Positions 24,517-38,650 are shown, numbered from the stretch's first letter. The stretch: DNA of 64,000 bases from Octopus bimaculoides (GCF_001194135.2 NC_068983.1:28247033-28311032); one strand, 5' to 3'. Numbers and translations: made by a program. Notes: generated by a model from the sequence alone, not told the origin.

Positions 24517-26965
24517 ATATCATAATACATTATATAGTTGCATGAATGTAGCTGGAGTGGTTTGGTGGGTGTGGTCATTGTGGATGCAGGAGTATGCGTG
24601 TGTAAGTGTATGATTTGGTCATATACATCAGTTTTATTATCAACGAGAAAAATTAATAAACCAGTGCATTCAAACAAAAATACTCTATGGTATTTGTTCC
24701 GTCCAAGTTCCACAGATGCTCCCTTCCCACTCTGACCATCATAAATTCAGTAAGCCAGTGAGTGCTTCATTAAAACCTATAATCAACAACACTTTCATTC
24801 ACAAAATATTATACAAATTTAGAAATAAATGATCAACAACATCCCTTTGAAGTTGATTTTGCATGGAAGTCTGGAATCTGCTCCACTCTAATTACATCCT
24901 GCTGACAATGACTCATTAGAGACATTTCAAGGAAATTATTTTTAAAAATCTTCAATAAACAGCAGAGAAGTTATCCCCAAGCAATGAATGTGGTATCTTT
25001 AACAAGTAATGCATTCAATTATTGCTTGAATACTATGTGTTAAATTAGAAGAGAAAATTATAAATAATGCCTTTATGGATATCTAAAATTGGAAAAGGAA
25101 AGATATGTATATTGAGAGAAGGTGTTTTTTCAAATATATTTAATCTTAAAATTGGTTCAATACATATTTGCAGCTTTGTATGGATATGTGCAATGGTGGA
25201 TTGTGATATACTTTTAAAAGTGTTGCAGAGACATTTGCTTTCTAGTTTTGAATGACAGTATTTGATAAAATGTATGATAACCATCAATATATTATATAGT
25301 AAGTGATCAGACGTAAGGACTAAAACACAGCATTTACTGGGGTAAACAATTTCTGAAAAGGTTTAAAAATGGTTTAATATCCAAATATCAAAAATATATA
25401 GAAAAGGATGCCTCTGATTGAGAAGTTTGCTTCAACACCATGTGAGACCATGTTTATTCTCATAAGTGTGAGACCATGCAGATATATTTTCTACTGACAA
25501 GCATATGGAAGAGATCACTGGTCTAAAGAAAACTGATTCTCTTCCTTCCATCTGAAAAGTATTATAATCACAACCCTTCATTCTTTGATTGATAAAGTCA
25601 TAAAAAAACCCAGAATTCTGGAAATTTTAAAGATCTTTTTTTAGAAATTGGTTATATTATAAATTAGTCCACTGATGAATTTAGTGTGGTTTAGGTATAT
25701 TAGTGTTGTTTGAGGTACTCTATTGAAAGTATATAGGACTAGAATTTTACATCTGATTGCAAAAAACAAAAAAAAAAACAGATAGCATACAAAGAATTGG
25801 TGAGAACAAAATCTTCAATGTATAAATATATGCTTTTCACTAATCTGATGTAGGATGTGATGATGATAATGATAGTTAAGATGTTGAGAATTAGTTATAG
25901 TAAAGGTTAGTTTAATCCAGGATTGGAAAAAAAATCAATTGGAAAAAGCGTGATGGTGATAATAATGTTTTATTTTCAGCAAACAAAAGTCGAAGAATAA
26001 TGATGTAGGATATAATGGTGCAAAATAAAGAAGCCAAGAGAAAAAAGACAAACACAAATCCAGCAAAGAATGGAAAGGTAATATAGGAAATCAATATTGA
26101 ATAGGTTATTATTTCTCTCGCAATGTGATTTTGTTCAGCTGTTGCAGTGTAGAATAGTACTTGTAATCCAAACATGATAACGTTGTTTAAACTTTGTGGC
26201 ATACAAGTTTTTACCTGTGTCATATCCTGACAATCTAAGGAAGCTATAAGCGATATATTGGTTATATTTTCTTTTATACTTATTATTATTTTTATAACCA
26301 CTGTAACCACAACGAAATTACCCATAATTTACAAATATATTCATTCTGTATAAGCAAACCACATCAAGTCCCAGGCTTCAAAAATACTTTACATGGAAAT
26401 TAGTTCAAAATTCTATTTTCCAACTAAGAATTAATGTTGATACTAAATCTAAAATACTAATAAAATATCAAAGTAAATATATTTTCTCTATTTATATGCA
26501 TTGTAAGAAACAAATTTTTTTTACCAAGATGGGATCAGAGTATCAGAGATTAATTATTTTGATTTAAGGGTAAATAACCCTGAGCTCAGAACCACTCTTT
26601 ACTTAGTATGTAAAAGAATTTCACTAAAAACTAATGTATTAAATTCTTTTTCTTTCAGAAAATATAAGAGTCAGCTAATGGTTGGTAAACATAGATATAA
26701 GAAAAATAAGCTGTTACATAAAAAATATATATATAAATATATATAAATATATGGTATTGTAAGGGAAAATTTAGAAAAGAAATACTTATTGGAAATACTT
26801 TGTTTTACTTTTTAGTTAGAGCAGTAATGGTTATTTGCATTGATTTACAGTTAAAAATTCTTTAAGAAAATATTGACACAATAGAAGAGACCTCAAAGAG
26901 TTATAAACACCCACACACATACACAAACATCAACATAAAGTATATGTATATACATATATATACAC

Positions 26966-26999
<34 letters not shown>

Positions 27000-27618
27000 C
27001 ATACATACATACAGTTACATACACACATATATTATATATATATCAACTTAAAGTACATCCATATATGAAGAGTTTGTAACTCATACTCTGTGACCATAGA
27101 ACAAAATAAAGAAAATGAAACAGTATAGTGCTTCAGTTATTCAATAACTTAGGAAAAGAATCAATGATGAGAACTAATCATATGAAAAGCAATTGTTTTT
27201 GTTAGTGCCTTTTGAATCGAATGACTGGAAGGTATTTCTAATGTTATTACACACATTATACTTAGAAAGAATGACTTGTGTGGTCATTTGTTATCTTTAT
27301 GGTTAGTTTTATTGACTAATTCCGCAGGGAACTGAACATTCTTTTTTTTTTTTGACAAAAGTATTTCTTCCCATTATCCATAAATATACTTGGCACATTT
27401 CCTTCGATAACAAAGAATATGATTGTCACCGAAGCCAATCGAGTGGAACTATACATAGGATGTTGAATGAAGAAGAAACAAAGTAAGAAAAAAATTACCT
27501 ATTGTAGATGAGAAAATTACATCTTTGGGAATAAAGCAAATTTTAGATGAATATTGGCAGCCATTTTTCCAGAGTTGGATAGTGTTAATGTTGTTGTTAG
27601 ACATAGTGACATGATGTA

Positions 27619-27620
<2 letters not shown>

Positions 27621-27675
<55 letters not shown>

Positions 27676-27685
27676 NNNNNNNNNN

Positions 27686-27735
<50 letters not shown>

Positions 27736-27745
27736 GCAACAACAA
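27621..27745. repeat. (AAT)n microsatellite containing a 10-N gap
   Basis: Direct reading. Confidence 0.95.
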
Positions 27746-29544
27746 CAATTTGAGAGGAATGAATGAATTTGTAAGATGCTAGGAAGATTTTGATACATTA
27801 ACATTGGTTTCTAATGAGGTGTTATGATATAAATGAGAAGTATTTTGGTGTGGAAACAACAATGGGTATTTACTTTCAGGGTATTTTGGTGCATTCTTAA
27901 CAGACTGTAAAGTAAATGTTCTAAAAAATTATTGGACCAAATATTTTTCCCACAAAGAAATCCATGATGTGAAAACTCAAAGAATTAGCAACATTCAATT
28001 TATTTCCTTGGCAAAGAATCATACTGACTCCAGTTACTTTATTTTTATAAAGTAAAAACAAAAACCAATGATATATTATTAATTAGGTCTCTGACTGGTT
28101 GATCGGTCAGTTACAAAAGCACAGATCAAGACATTGGAGAAATTAACCAAGTAAAATGATTCAGAAATAGTAATGCTCAGTTTGAAAACAAATAAAATAT
28201 ACTTTTAGACGGAAGTATGCTGGAAACAATAAATAATTCACACACAAATATATAAGCAACATTTCAGGATTTGTAGAAACATCTCACAAAATATATTCTA
28301 TTCAGATAGTTAATATTTCAAAAATTGTTGATGATGGAACAGAAATATTACACTCATACACAATGGTATATTAAAACAGAATTTCTCAAATTGTTGCTAT
28401 CATCATCCTCGTCATTGAATATTTATATTTGTTTTCCATACTGGTGTGAATTCTACAGATCAGTTATACAGTATATCCCACTCATTTCATTTTTTTATCA
28501 TTTAGATAACTTGTGCTCTGAAATAAAATTTCATTGACTCTTCCTAGGTTTTTCCCTATTCCATCTCTTCTATAATGTTTTCTTTCGACTGATCTCAACC
28601 TTATGAATATATTTTTATAGTATTTTATTTTCCAACTTTAAAATAATTTTAGTAGAGCATAGTTTCTAAATATTAGCAGAGATGTTATATATTCAGTACC
28701 AAATGTAATTTCAAAATAAAAATAATCAGCAAATAGATAAACAAAAGAATCTCTAGTATAAGGAGAAAATACCTATATTAAAAAGACTGCAATAATTTTA
28801 GTATATTCTCTTAAACTACTTTTATCATATCTTCATACTAAAGCAACTGAATGCATTGACTTTTTTGACATCCAACTATACTCTCAACTCATTTGGGATT
28901 CACCTTTCATACTGGTTATTTACTATACATCCACTATCCCAAGCTCACCTCATTTATCTTCAGTCTGTGCAAGATTCTACATGTTCAATGCCTATGCCTC
29001 ACTATCATGCAACATCATGCTTCTTCCTCATGTTTCTGACAAGCAACCATACTTTCACTGCAGCATTAAATCACTTCCAAGTACTAATTAAATCAACAAA
29101 GTAATAGTGAATGAGCTTCAATATAGGTGTTCAACCTGCTAGAAATATCAGTCAAAATCTCATTCATATCACCAGCACATTATCTTAAAACTTAAAACCA
29201 ACACATTTTATAATGCAGGCATAAATACACTATTCCTAAAATCAAAACACAGGATAGTCACTACTGAAATATCTTTGATCATAAATCTACTAAATCCAGG
29301 ATGGTCTGAGGTTGAATAACAATGTAAAACACCAACTATTTATAATGAAACATATGAGAAAATGACAGAAATTTTTTTCATAGGTGTCTCCAATAGTTAC
29401 TACTTTTGTACATCTAGAATGTCTTAAGTCTTCATTCACTATGAATATGTCAAAAATCCTCCTATGCATCCTTTGTATTGTGCTGAAAGAAAGTATTAAG
29501 ATTCTAGGAGCAATATTCTTACAGACTAAGGCATTGAGCTAGCA

Positions 29545-29752
29545 GAATCATTAGCATATCGGTCAAAATGCTTATAGGTTTCTGTCCATCTTCATGTTCT
29601 GAGTTCAAATTTTGCTGAGGTCGACTTTGACTTTCATCCCTTTAGGGTCGATACAATAAGTACCAGTTGAATACTAGAGTCGATGTAACTGACTTACAGT
29701 TACCCTAAGACTGCTGATCTTGTGCCAAAATTTGAAACCAATATTCTTAAAG
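29545..29752 (+). mobile_element. SINE family B
   Basis: gagctagcagaatcattagc...gttctgagttcaaattttgctgaggtcgactttg. Confidence 0.75.
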
Positions 29753-29929
29753 ACTGAGAAAAAATTTTCTATATGCTACTAGGATTTTGTTGCTTTTCTG
29801 TTGCTAGCTAATACTTCCATTTGTGATATTTTAACATTTCAAGCTTTGGATTTTAGTCTGTTTCTACAACTTTCCGACATATGTTGCAACATGAATAAGA
29901 AAATCAACAAAGTTACCAATTACTAAAGG

Positions 29930-30335
29930 AACTGATATAAGATTTAGTTTAGAAAGACACATCATGACATTCTTTAAGCAGGAAAAATTAAGAACATTAA
30001 TATCATGTTAGATAAAGAAAAAGAGATAAAAGTAAGAGAATTAGACCAAACACATAGATGCAAATATCTTAGAAACAGGGAACAACACACACAAATGAAA
30101 GAAATGTTTATGAAGGAATATTATAGTTGTATTAGATTAATAATTAAAAGAGAGCTAAAGGAAAAGAATAATGTAATAGGCGTCAGTACTCCAACTGTTC
30201 TAATAATAAGTTACATTAATAATATTCTGTGTAGTAATTAAATTAGCAAGGACAGACAAAAAGAAAAGAAATGAATGACTACGTTTACAATGCACTACCA
30301 AAAATCTGTATGAAAAGTAATAGTATATTTACCAT
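29930..30335 (+). mobile_element. Decayed RT/thumb fragment of an R4/Dong-like LINE
   Basis: RELDQTHRCKYL...QHTQMKEMFMKEYYSCIRLIIKRELKEKNNVIGVSTPTVLIISY resembles YKYLG...KEYLRRLRLILKSELNAKNKI..IN.LAVPV. Confidence 0.65.
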
Positions 30336-31075
30336 GAATATATAGAAGCATAAGCCTAATGCCACTGAAAATTATTATAAATTATCCCCTGTTGGATAAC
30401 AAGGTATCTTGTAAATTAAAGTAACTGAAAAACTAATAAAAGTAATTCTGTTGTGTCTGGGGAGAGTCATTTTCTTATCGTGCATTTTCTTATCGTGTCC
30501 CAGACACAACAGAATATGCTTCAACACACGAAATCACATAAAAAAATCTTGCAAACCAAATCCCAAAACGAAATATAATAAAAGTAACTCCCAAAAAATA
30601 TAAAATGACTACATTCTCTGTCTTCAACGAAACTGATGTATATGATGTAAGGAGGAAATACAGACAGTTGTGAGGATAACCAATAATGGATATTGATTGG
30701 GGTAAAGCTAAGAATTATACCAAAAACAGGGCTACAGAAAGCTGAGCTTAAAATAATGGCAAGAAATTGCCCTATAGGGTCCAATGGTAAAAATCTGAGA
30801 AATGAAAAGAGATTGAAATGCACAAAGAAAAGTCATGTTGAAAAGTACAGGACTCAAAGATGAAGGAAGAATTCTTGATTTGTGACAAGCAATCAGAACT
30901 TTCTCAACAGAAACCACAAAAATTGCATTTAATGAAGCAGAATACATTAAGTAACCACAGAATACGTAAGGGTGTTCAGAAGAAACGATAAAATAGATTA
31001 CCTCTGATTTCCTAGTCTAACCAAGGGAGAACACATCTTCAGGCAAGACAGACCTGGAAATTATATGAACATCAT

Positions 31076-31498
31076 AGGCACTGGCATGGCTGTGTGGTAA
31101 GATGTTTGCTTCCAAACCACTTGGTTCTGGGTTTAGTCTCATTACATAGCACTTTGGACAAGTTTCTTCTACTACAACCTTGGGCTGACCAAATACTTGT
31201 GAAAGAATGTAGCACTTGAAAACTGAGAGAACCTCGTCATATATGTGTGTGTATGTTTGGGTGTCTGTGTGTCTCTACCTGTGTCTGTGTTTGTCTTCCA
31301 GCCACTTGACAACAAGTCTTGGTGTGTTTATGTCCACACCGTAACCTTGCAGTTTGGCAAAAGGGACTGATAGAATAATCACTAAACTTAAAAAAAAAAA
31401 CAGTAAGTACTGAGGTCATTTCATTTTGTAAGAATTCTTCAAGGTGGTGCCCCAGCATAGCACAGTCTGAAGACTGAAACAAATAAAAGATAAAAGAA
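31076..31498 (+). mobile_element. SINE family A, diverged
   Basis: aggcactggcatggctgtgtggtaag ... gactgaaacaaataaaagataaaaga. Confidence 0.75.
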
Positions 31499-31724
31499 GA
31501 GTTGAAACATCATGGAATACCAACAGAAAAGATAAGATATGCGCATACACCAGAAAAAGTCTCCGAGAAGGAGAAAGGGGACTCTACACTGGAATATACA
31601 AATCTATACCAGAGAGAGATCAAGGGTTCCCAAACTAATAAATTTAATAACTGTTCTTCAAGAAATCACAGCTAAATGTTCCTTAACTTATGCACTACAG
31701 TCTTCAATAATGACATATTTGATA

Positions 31725-32113
31725 TGTTGTTGTTGGCACTCTGTCGCTTATGACGTCGAGGGTTCCAGTTGATCCGATCAATGGAACAGCCTGCTCGTGA
31801 AATTAATGTGCAAGTGGCTGAGCACTCCACAGACACGTGTACCCTTAACGTAGTTCTCAGAGATATTCAGCGTGAAACAGTTTGACAAGGCTGACTCTTT
31901 TGAATTACAGGAACAACAGAAACAGGAAGTAAGAGTGAGAGAAAGTTGTGGTGAAAGAGTACAGCAGGGTTCGTCACCATCCCCTGCCAGAGCCTCGTGG
32001 AGCTTTAGGTGTTTTCGCTCAATAAACACTCACAACGCCCGGTCTGGGAATCAAAACTGCGATCCTATGACTGCGATTTTGCTGCCCTAACCACTGGGCC
32101 ATTGCGCCTCCAC
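31725..32113 (-). mobile_element. SINE family D (tRNA-like head, (CAA)n tail) with 11-bp TSD
   Basis: Head GGAGGCGCAATGGCCCAGTGGTTAGGGCAGC. TSD catatttgata at 31714-31724 and 32114-32124. Confidence 0.85.
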
Positions 32114-32630
32114 CATATTTGATAATATAGTTTGAGATTTACAAAACAGGAGGATTGTCATGGCTGGAGTATCTTTGATCATAGGGTCTTCTCAATCACA
32201 GTCGACCTTATGTTAAATAACAACAAACAAACAAACAAACAAACAACAATAATCTTGTCTATTATGTCTGCCAAATAAATTTAATGTTGTACAATGAGGC
32301 ACCTTCTATGCAGTCACTTACCCTGCTAGAAGTAGCAACAAAATTTGCTTCAAATCACGACCTACTCATTAAAAAGTGGGAGGACACATTGAATAATGTT
32401 GTCTCAGACATATTACATCTGAAAATAATAGTAAAGGCTGGCTACAGCTGGAATACCCTTACTCTCAGGACTGCTTGATGAGGCTGACCCAGGGCTGAAT
32501 AACAACAACAACTTCAACAACTATGATAACTTATATATATCCGTAATGTTCAATACTTAGCATATTTTAAAATTGACAACAAATTGAAGTAAACCACATT
32601 CAAATGTAAGATATAAAATATGTGTGTGTA

Positions 32631-32706
<76 letters not shown>

Positions 32707-32894
32707 TATTTATATATATATATACACATATATATACATGTGTGTATACACACACACATACATACATACATACATAACAGCAAAATGTTAAGTTGAGAAT
32801 ACATAAAAGTTATTCTGTGAAGAGGAATTGGAAGTTGGCAATTAAAACTTAAAATAAAGGATGATTAAAAGTATTTCATGAACATTATCATCAC

Positions 32895-32901
32895 TAATAG
32901 A

Positions 32902-32941
<40 letters not shown>

Positions 32942-33340
32942 GCACCACGACTATCACTGTCAACACCACCACTACACCTAAACTTCACATTACTGTTTCC
33001 ATTGCAAATATTGTTTCAGTCAAGATGACTGCCATCATGAAAACAATCATTACCACCATCACCAGAATCCTCACAAATATAACTGTCACCACCATTACTG
33101 ATGCCATCGCTTCTACTGTCACTAGTACTACCACAAACACTGCCACCATGACCACCAGCTCCCACAACTATCACCATGAAAACAACCACCAGTACTACCA
33201 TCATGACAACTATCACCATTACTACCACCACCACTACTGCTGCCGTCACTGATACCACCAGCACCAACACCACCAGCACCAACACCACCAGCACCAACAC
33301 CACCAGCACCAACACCACCAGCACCAACACCACCACCACT
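32895..33340. repeat. (ACT)n/(ACC)n low-complexity tract including (accagcaccaacacc)n 15-mer
   Basis: Direct reading; explains the Thr/Val-rich ORFs. Similar tract at 34310-34620. Confidence 0.9.
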
Positions 33341-33356
33341 AAAGCAGTTTCTATAT

Positions 33357-33570
33357 CACTGATTACCAACCTGGGGTCCACAGCCCCCGGTGGTCTGCAA
33401 AGGTAATACTGGGAGTCCATGAACTAAATTCAAAATTTCATATATAAATATATACATAAGTATAAGCATATTAAAAGGGGTCTGTGTAAAAACTCATTTA
33501 AATAAAAGGGTTGGGAACCATTGTTGGGGACCACTGTTGGAGACCACTGTGAAAAGGTTTGAAACTACTG
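33357..33570. mobile_element. hAT/Charlie-like MITE with tandemly reiterated right end
   Basis: Left cactgattaccaacctggggtcc, right ggttgggaaccattg (33509-33523), then ttggggaccactg, ttggagaccactg and ggtttgaaactactg. Confidence 0.5.
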
Positions 33571-34872
33571 TTCTACATGGTTGCTTAGTGTACATGCATA
33601 AATCTACTTCAGAACTTTATGGATGCTGTTACAGAGTTGGAAATTCTAAAGTTAAGTAAACATTTTCAAATTTGGTGCATTGGTGTAAATTTCTATGCTG
33701 AATCCGAATTTTGGATTCATTAATTCCAGGAGAAATTTTGAAAGATGTTACAGAGGTTCAAAGTTTGATCATTTTTAGCCACCAGAAAACAGGAATCAGA
33801 TGGCATTTTCTGCATGATAGCTATCAATAACAAAATGATTCTTATGAAAATTTGTTGTGGTAATGTGTTACAATCACACAGTACAGCATCCTTGTTACAA
33901 TGAAAATGAGGCAGACTACAGCTTTGTTGTTACTATGGCAACAAACACCAGTGTGAGTTTTATGGTCATAAGTATGATTGTGGCTTTTGATTGACTAAAA
34001 TTACCTGAAATTTGCTAAGTTTAAAAGCTGTTAACCTTTTATTTATTAATTTAAAGCAAAACTGAATTTTTATTTCATAATTAGCATACAAAACTAAATT
34101 AATACACCAAATTTGAAAATAGTTGGAAGATTTTTTAAAAATATGAAATCTATGACAACTGAAAAGATTCTCTATTTCAAATCACAATTTCTTGTCCTAA
34201 TATAAGAAGTACACATAAGATAATGTTGTCTTGAAAACACTGAATAAAAGTCAGGATGGTCACAGCAGGAATGGCTTTGGCTATCGGTTGGCTTCATTGA
34301 TGCTGTAATTTAGTATCACTGTCACTATAACCACCAGCACTATCACCCACACAACAATTACAAATGCTATCAATACCACCATTACCACAATCAATACCAC
34401 CCACATTAACTTCACTCCATCAACTCCTCTAACACCACCAACACAACCACCACAACTTTTAGTACTTCCATCAATACAACTCTGACCATCATCGACAGTA
34501 ACACCAGCACCACCAATCTTGCTATTATCACCACCGACAACAACAACAACAACAACATCTTCACCATCACCACCACTATGCCAATTATCACCTCTGCCAA
34601 TGCAACTCTATCTCTGCAATCAGCACTATGACCAATATTATAAATGCTCAAACATCAATTATTCTATAACTGTAAAATTAAAATAACCTTAACTTCCTAG
34701 AGAGGAGATAAAAAAAAAAGCAATAATTATTGTGTGTGTGTGTTTGTTTGATTGTGTGTGTGTGTGTGTGTATAGAAATCAATAAACACTAAAATCAAAT
34801 TGCAAAATTAGATTAGAATTGTCATTATAGTGTGAAATAAAATATATTTATACATTCATCAAAACAAAGCAT

Positions 34873-34913
<41 letters not shown>

Positions 34914-35876
34914 GAAGGGAGGAGAGGGTAAAAGAAAGAGGATAAAGAGCAATTGACAGAAACAGAGTAAGTGAAAGAGTGAGAAGGAAGAAGAATGAGA
35001 CAAGTCTCTTAATTGCTTCAAAAGGTCATCTTGAAGAAGACCGGAGACATCATAAGTATCTAAGGTAAATCCCCCTGGTGAAGACCATCTCACTTTAAGT
35101 GACATCTACACAAGGAATTTAGTAACAAAGCACTGGAATCTAGCTACACATTTGTCAATTTTATAGTGCTGCTGCAGACGTAGTATCAATATTCTCTTAA
35201 ATGGATGAAGCCAAGGCAAGGCAAATCAGACTGGAACCTGGTGCAGCTCCCCAGCCTCCCAGCTCTGGTTAAACCATCCAACCTATGCCAGCATTGAAAA
35301 CAGGATTAAACGATGATGATGATGACATAGATATATAAGATGTTCTCCCAGAAATCCAAAGAGATGACGGTGAAAAAGATAGACAGAGCGAGGCAGACTG
35401 GCAGATAAAGAGAAAGAAAAACAGCTAGAGAGAAAGAGAGAGAAAAGGGCTTTTGAGAAAATGATGTAGAATTACAGCAGAGCAGAAGAAAGAGTTATGG
35501 GTCAATAAAAGAGCAGTTGTGTATGTTCATTAGTCCATATAAAACTACTCTTTAATTAACTTTATAAGAAACGAAGGCTCCTGACAGATTAATAATTAGG
35601 AAATAAATTTAAATATTTTATAGAATATTTATCAAATGATTAATAATCATAAAACAAATTCAAATATAAAATATGTATGAAATATGTATTAAGTGACCGT
35701 TACATTTAATAACAATTCTAATGACTCTAGCCAAATGTTTGCTTAATCTAATAATAATGTAAATTCCTTGAGATTTCCACATGCGGAAGATTATAATGCT
35801 AAAAATTATTCCCTTGTTACTACTGGCCAAGAATAGTTTAGCATAGAGGGCATCAATATTTATTGATATATATATA

Positions 35877-36079
35877 TTCTTTTATTCTTTTATTTGTTTC
35901 AGTCATTTGACTGCAGCCATGCTGGGGCACCGCCTTTGGTTGAGCAAATCAACCCCAGGATTTATTCTTTGTAAGCCTAGTACTTATTCTATTGGTCTCT
36001 TTCGCCGGACCACTAAGTTATGGTGACGTAAATACACCAGCACCAGTTTTCAAGTGATGTTGCTGGAGTACAAACACAG

Positions 36080-36112
<33 letters not shown>

Positions 36113-36270
36113 CGACGGGCTTCTTTCAGTTTCCATCTACCAAATCCACTCATAAGGCTTTGGTTGGCCCGAGGCTATAGTAGAAGACACTTGCACAAGG
36201 TGTTACATAGTGGGACTGAACCTGGAACCATGTAGTTGGCAAGCAAGCTACTTACCACACAGCCACTCCT
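35877..36270 (-). mobile_element. SINE family A
   Basis: Reverse complement: tttgtttcagtcatttgactgc ... cttaccacacagccactcct. Confidence 0.85.
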
Positions 36271-36834
36271 AATTCCATTTAAAATTTCCATCAGTTCTGA
36301 AGCATTTGGCTTAGTTAAATGTCAGAGACATATAATTACTGTTCTTAACAAGAACGGTAGTCGTTAGATGAACAGTAAATTGGGTTGCTAAGATAAAATT
36401 AGACAATTAGTGCAGAGAATATTAATTATCCCAATGGCTAATTATGGTAAAAAAAAAAATCAGAAAAGACAGGGGAGACAACCTTCAAATTTTGATCAAT
36501 TAATATTAATTAAATATGAAATGCAGAGAAGGTTGTCAAATGAACAGCTGTTTGTGGCTGCTTGAATGCACTAATAGGTTAGACCAGGATTTCCCAATTG
36601 TAAAAGAGATTGATAAGGGCTCTGTAAGAAATTGATTGGGACTCAGTGAGAAATAGTGATAGACAGGCTAATTATGGGGCCATATCTGTATTCTATGTTC
36701 ATAATTTTATTTTATACTGCTGTACATTTGAAATCGTGGCATCTGTAGGTAGTAAGGAGACCCTACAGGGAAAATTACTTCTTTACAGGGAACTGAAAAG
36801 GAATTTGGTCTAAACAAGTTTTAGTCATATGGAA

Positions 36835-37130
36835 TTTCTTGAGCAAGTGTATTCTGTTATAGCCTTGGTAGGTGGAGACTGAAAGAAGCCCATTGTATAT
36901 GTGTGTGTGTGTCTTTGTGTATGTGATTGTCCCCTACCACCACTTAACAACTGGTGTTGGAGTGCTTATGTCCCCATAACTTAGCAGTTCAGCAAAAGTT
37001 TCTGATAGAATAAGCACCAGGTTTAAAAAATAGCTAGTAAGTACTGGGGTTGATCCATTCACCTAAAAATTCTTCAAAGCAATGCCCCAGCATGGCCACA
37101 GTCAGATGACTGAAACAAGTGAAAGATAAA
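36835..37130 (+). mobile_element. SINE family A, partial
   Basis: gagcaagtgtattctgttatagcc ... gactgaaacaagtgaaagataaa. Confidence 0.7.
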
Positions 37131-37372
37131 TGATGGAAGATATATGATAATGCCTGAAAAAGTCTTTGCAGTTCCTTTATGTGAAGTTGGGTCTCCCATA
37201 AGCTTTAATGCACTTAAATGGGTTTTTTTTTTGTCTGAATATATTCTGCTGAAATTGGGATGCTTCTAATATGACCAAGCATCTTTTATACCACCAAATG
37301 CAGTAGTTTCCTTGGTTCTATCAAAATAATGACTCTCACACTACCACCATCATCACCATTGCACCCGGCACC

Positions 37373-37759
37373 CAGGCATGTCACTTGACTTTTAGAGGCC
37401 CCTGACAACTTTTTGTTTCGAGGCCCCATCCCTTCAATCAAAATTCATAATCTTCACACCTTTAATTCATAGCTATACTTTACTTTATTCTGTCTGCAGT
37501 TCAATATTTCACGTTATCGTAAAGAACATATTTAAGTAGGGATGTATGTGGAACAACGCAATATTTTTATAAGAACTTTTGCAAGTACAGTGTATTACCA
37601 TTTTATTTCTTGAAATTCTTAGATAGCTTAATTCTCGTTGAAAACCTTAACCAAAGTAAATAAGATGACTCATCTACATACTTTGATCTTCACATAGGGC
37701 TCCTCAACTGCATAGGCCCCTGTGACCGCAGGGGTGGCAGGGGCTTAGCAACAGCCCTG
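37373..37759. mobile_element. hAT-like MITE
   Basis: CAGG...CCTG termini with imperfect TIRs. 8-bp TSD ccggcacc (37365-37372) / ccggcatc (37760-37767). Internal ggggcccc-type motifs. Confidence 0.65.
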
Positions 37760-38088
37760 CCGGCATCATCATCACCACCAATACCACATCTATTAAATCT
37801 CTCTCAAATCATACCCCACTACTTCAAGAAAGGAAATAATACATTCACTAATGTAGCTAGAGAAACATGTCTGAAAAAAGAGGACAGGATGGCCATAATT
37901 GGAAGACTTTTGATTAAATCTGCTCAATGAGTGAAAATTAACCACTAATCAGCATTAGAGAATTCCTAATTAATTCTGGAGTTCTGATAATTAAGTGAGA
38001 AAACAACAGATTTTTTTTACATACTTTTGATGATTAAATAAACTTTGAAACAATTCTTTCATCAAAAGAATTGTTAAAATCTGGATTA

Positions 38089-38337
<249 letters not shown>

Positions 38338-38454
38338 TTAATTAAACTAATTGCTGAAATACTTCAAATCTTGGGAGAGTTGCGTCTTGGGAGGGTCATT
38401 ACACCAAATATAATAAACACACACACACATTATTTTTTTATACTATTGTTTATT

Positions 38455-38650
38455 GTAAGGTGGTGAACTGGCAGAATCATTAGCAAAATGTTCTGCAGCA
38501 TTTCGTCCACCTTCACATTCTGAGGTTGACTTTGCCTTTCATCCTTTTGGGGTCAATAAAATAAGTCCCAGTAGAACACAGGAGACGATCTAATCAATTT
38601 ACCCATCCCTTGAAATTGCTGGCCTTGTGCCAAAAAATTCGAAATCATTA
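38455..38650 (+). mobile_element. SINE family B
   Basis: aaggtggtgaactggcagaatcattagc...gactttgcctttcatcc. Confidence 0.7.

Noticed and set aside
27395-27450. Minus-strand FHSIGFGD resembling a K+ channel pore
   Set aside because: No flanking pore helix or transmembrane segment, and the phase-1 reading required after the PDZ exon hits a stop.
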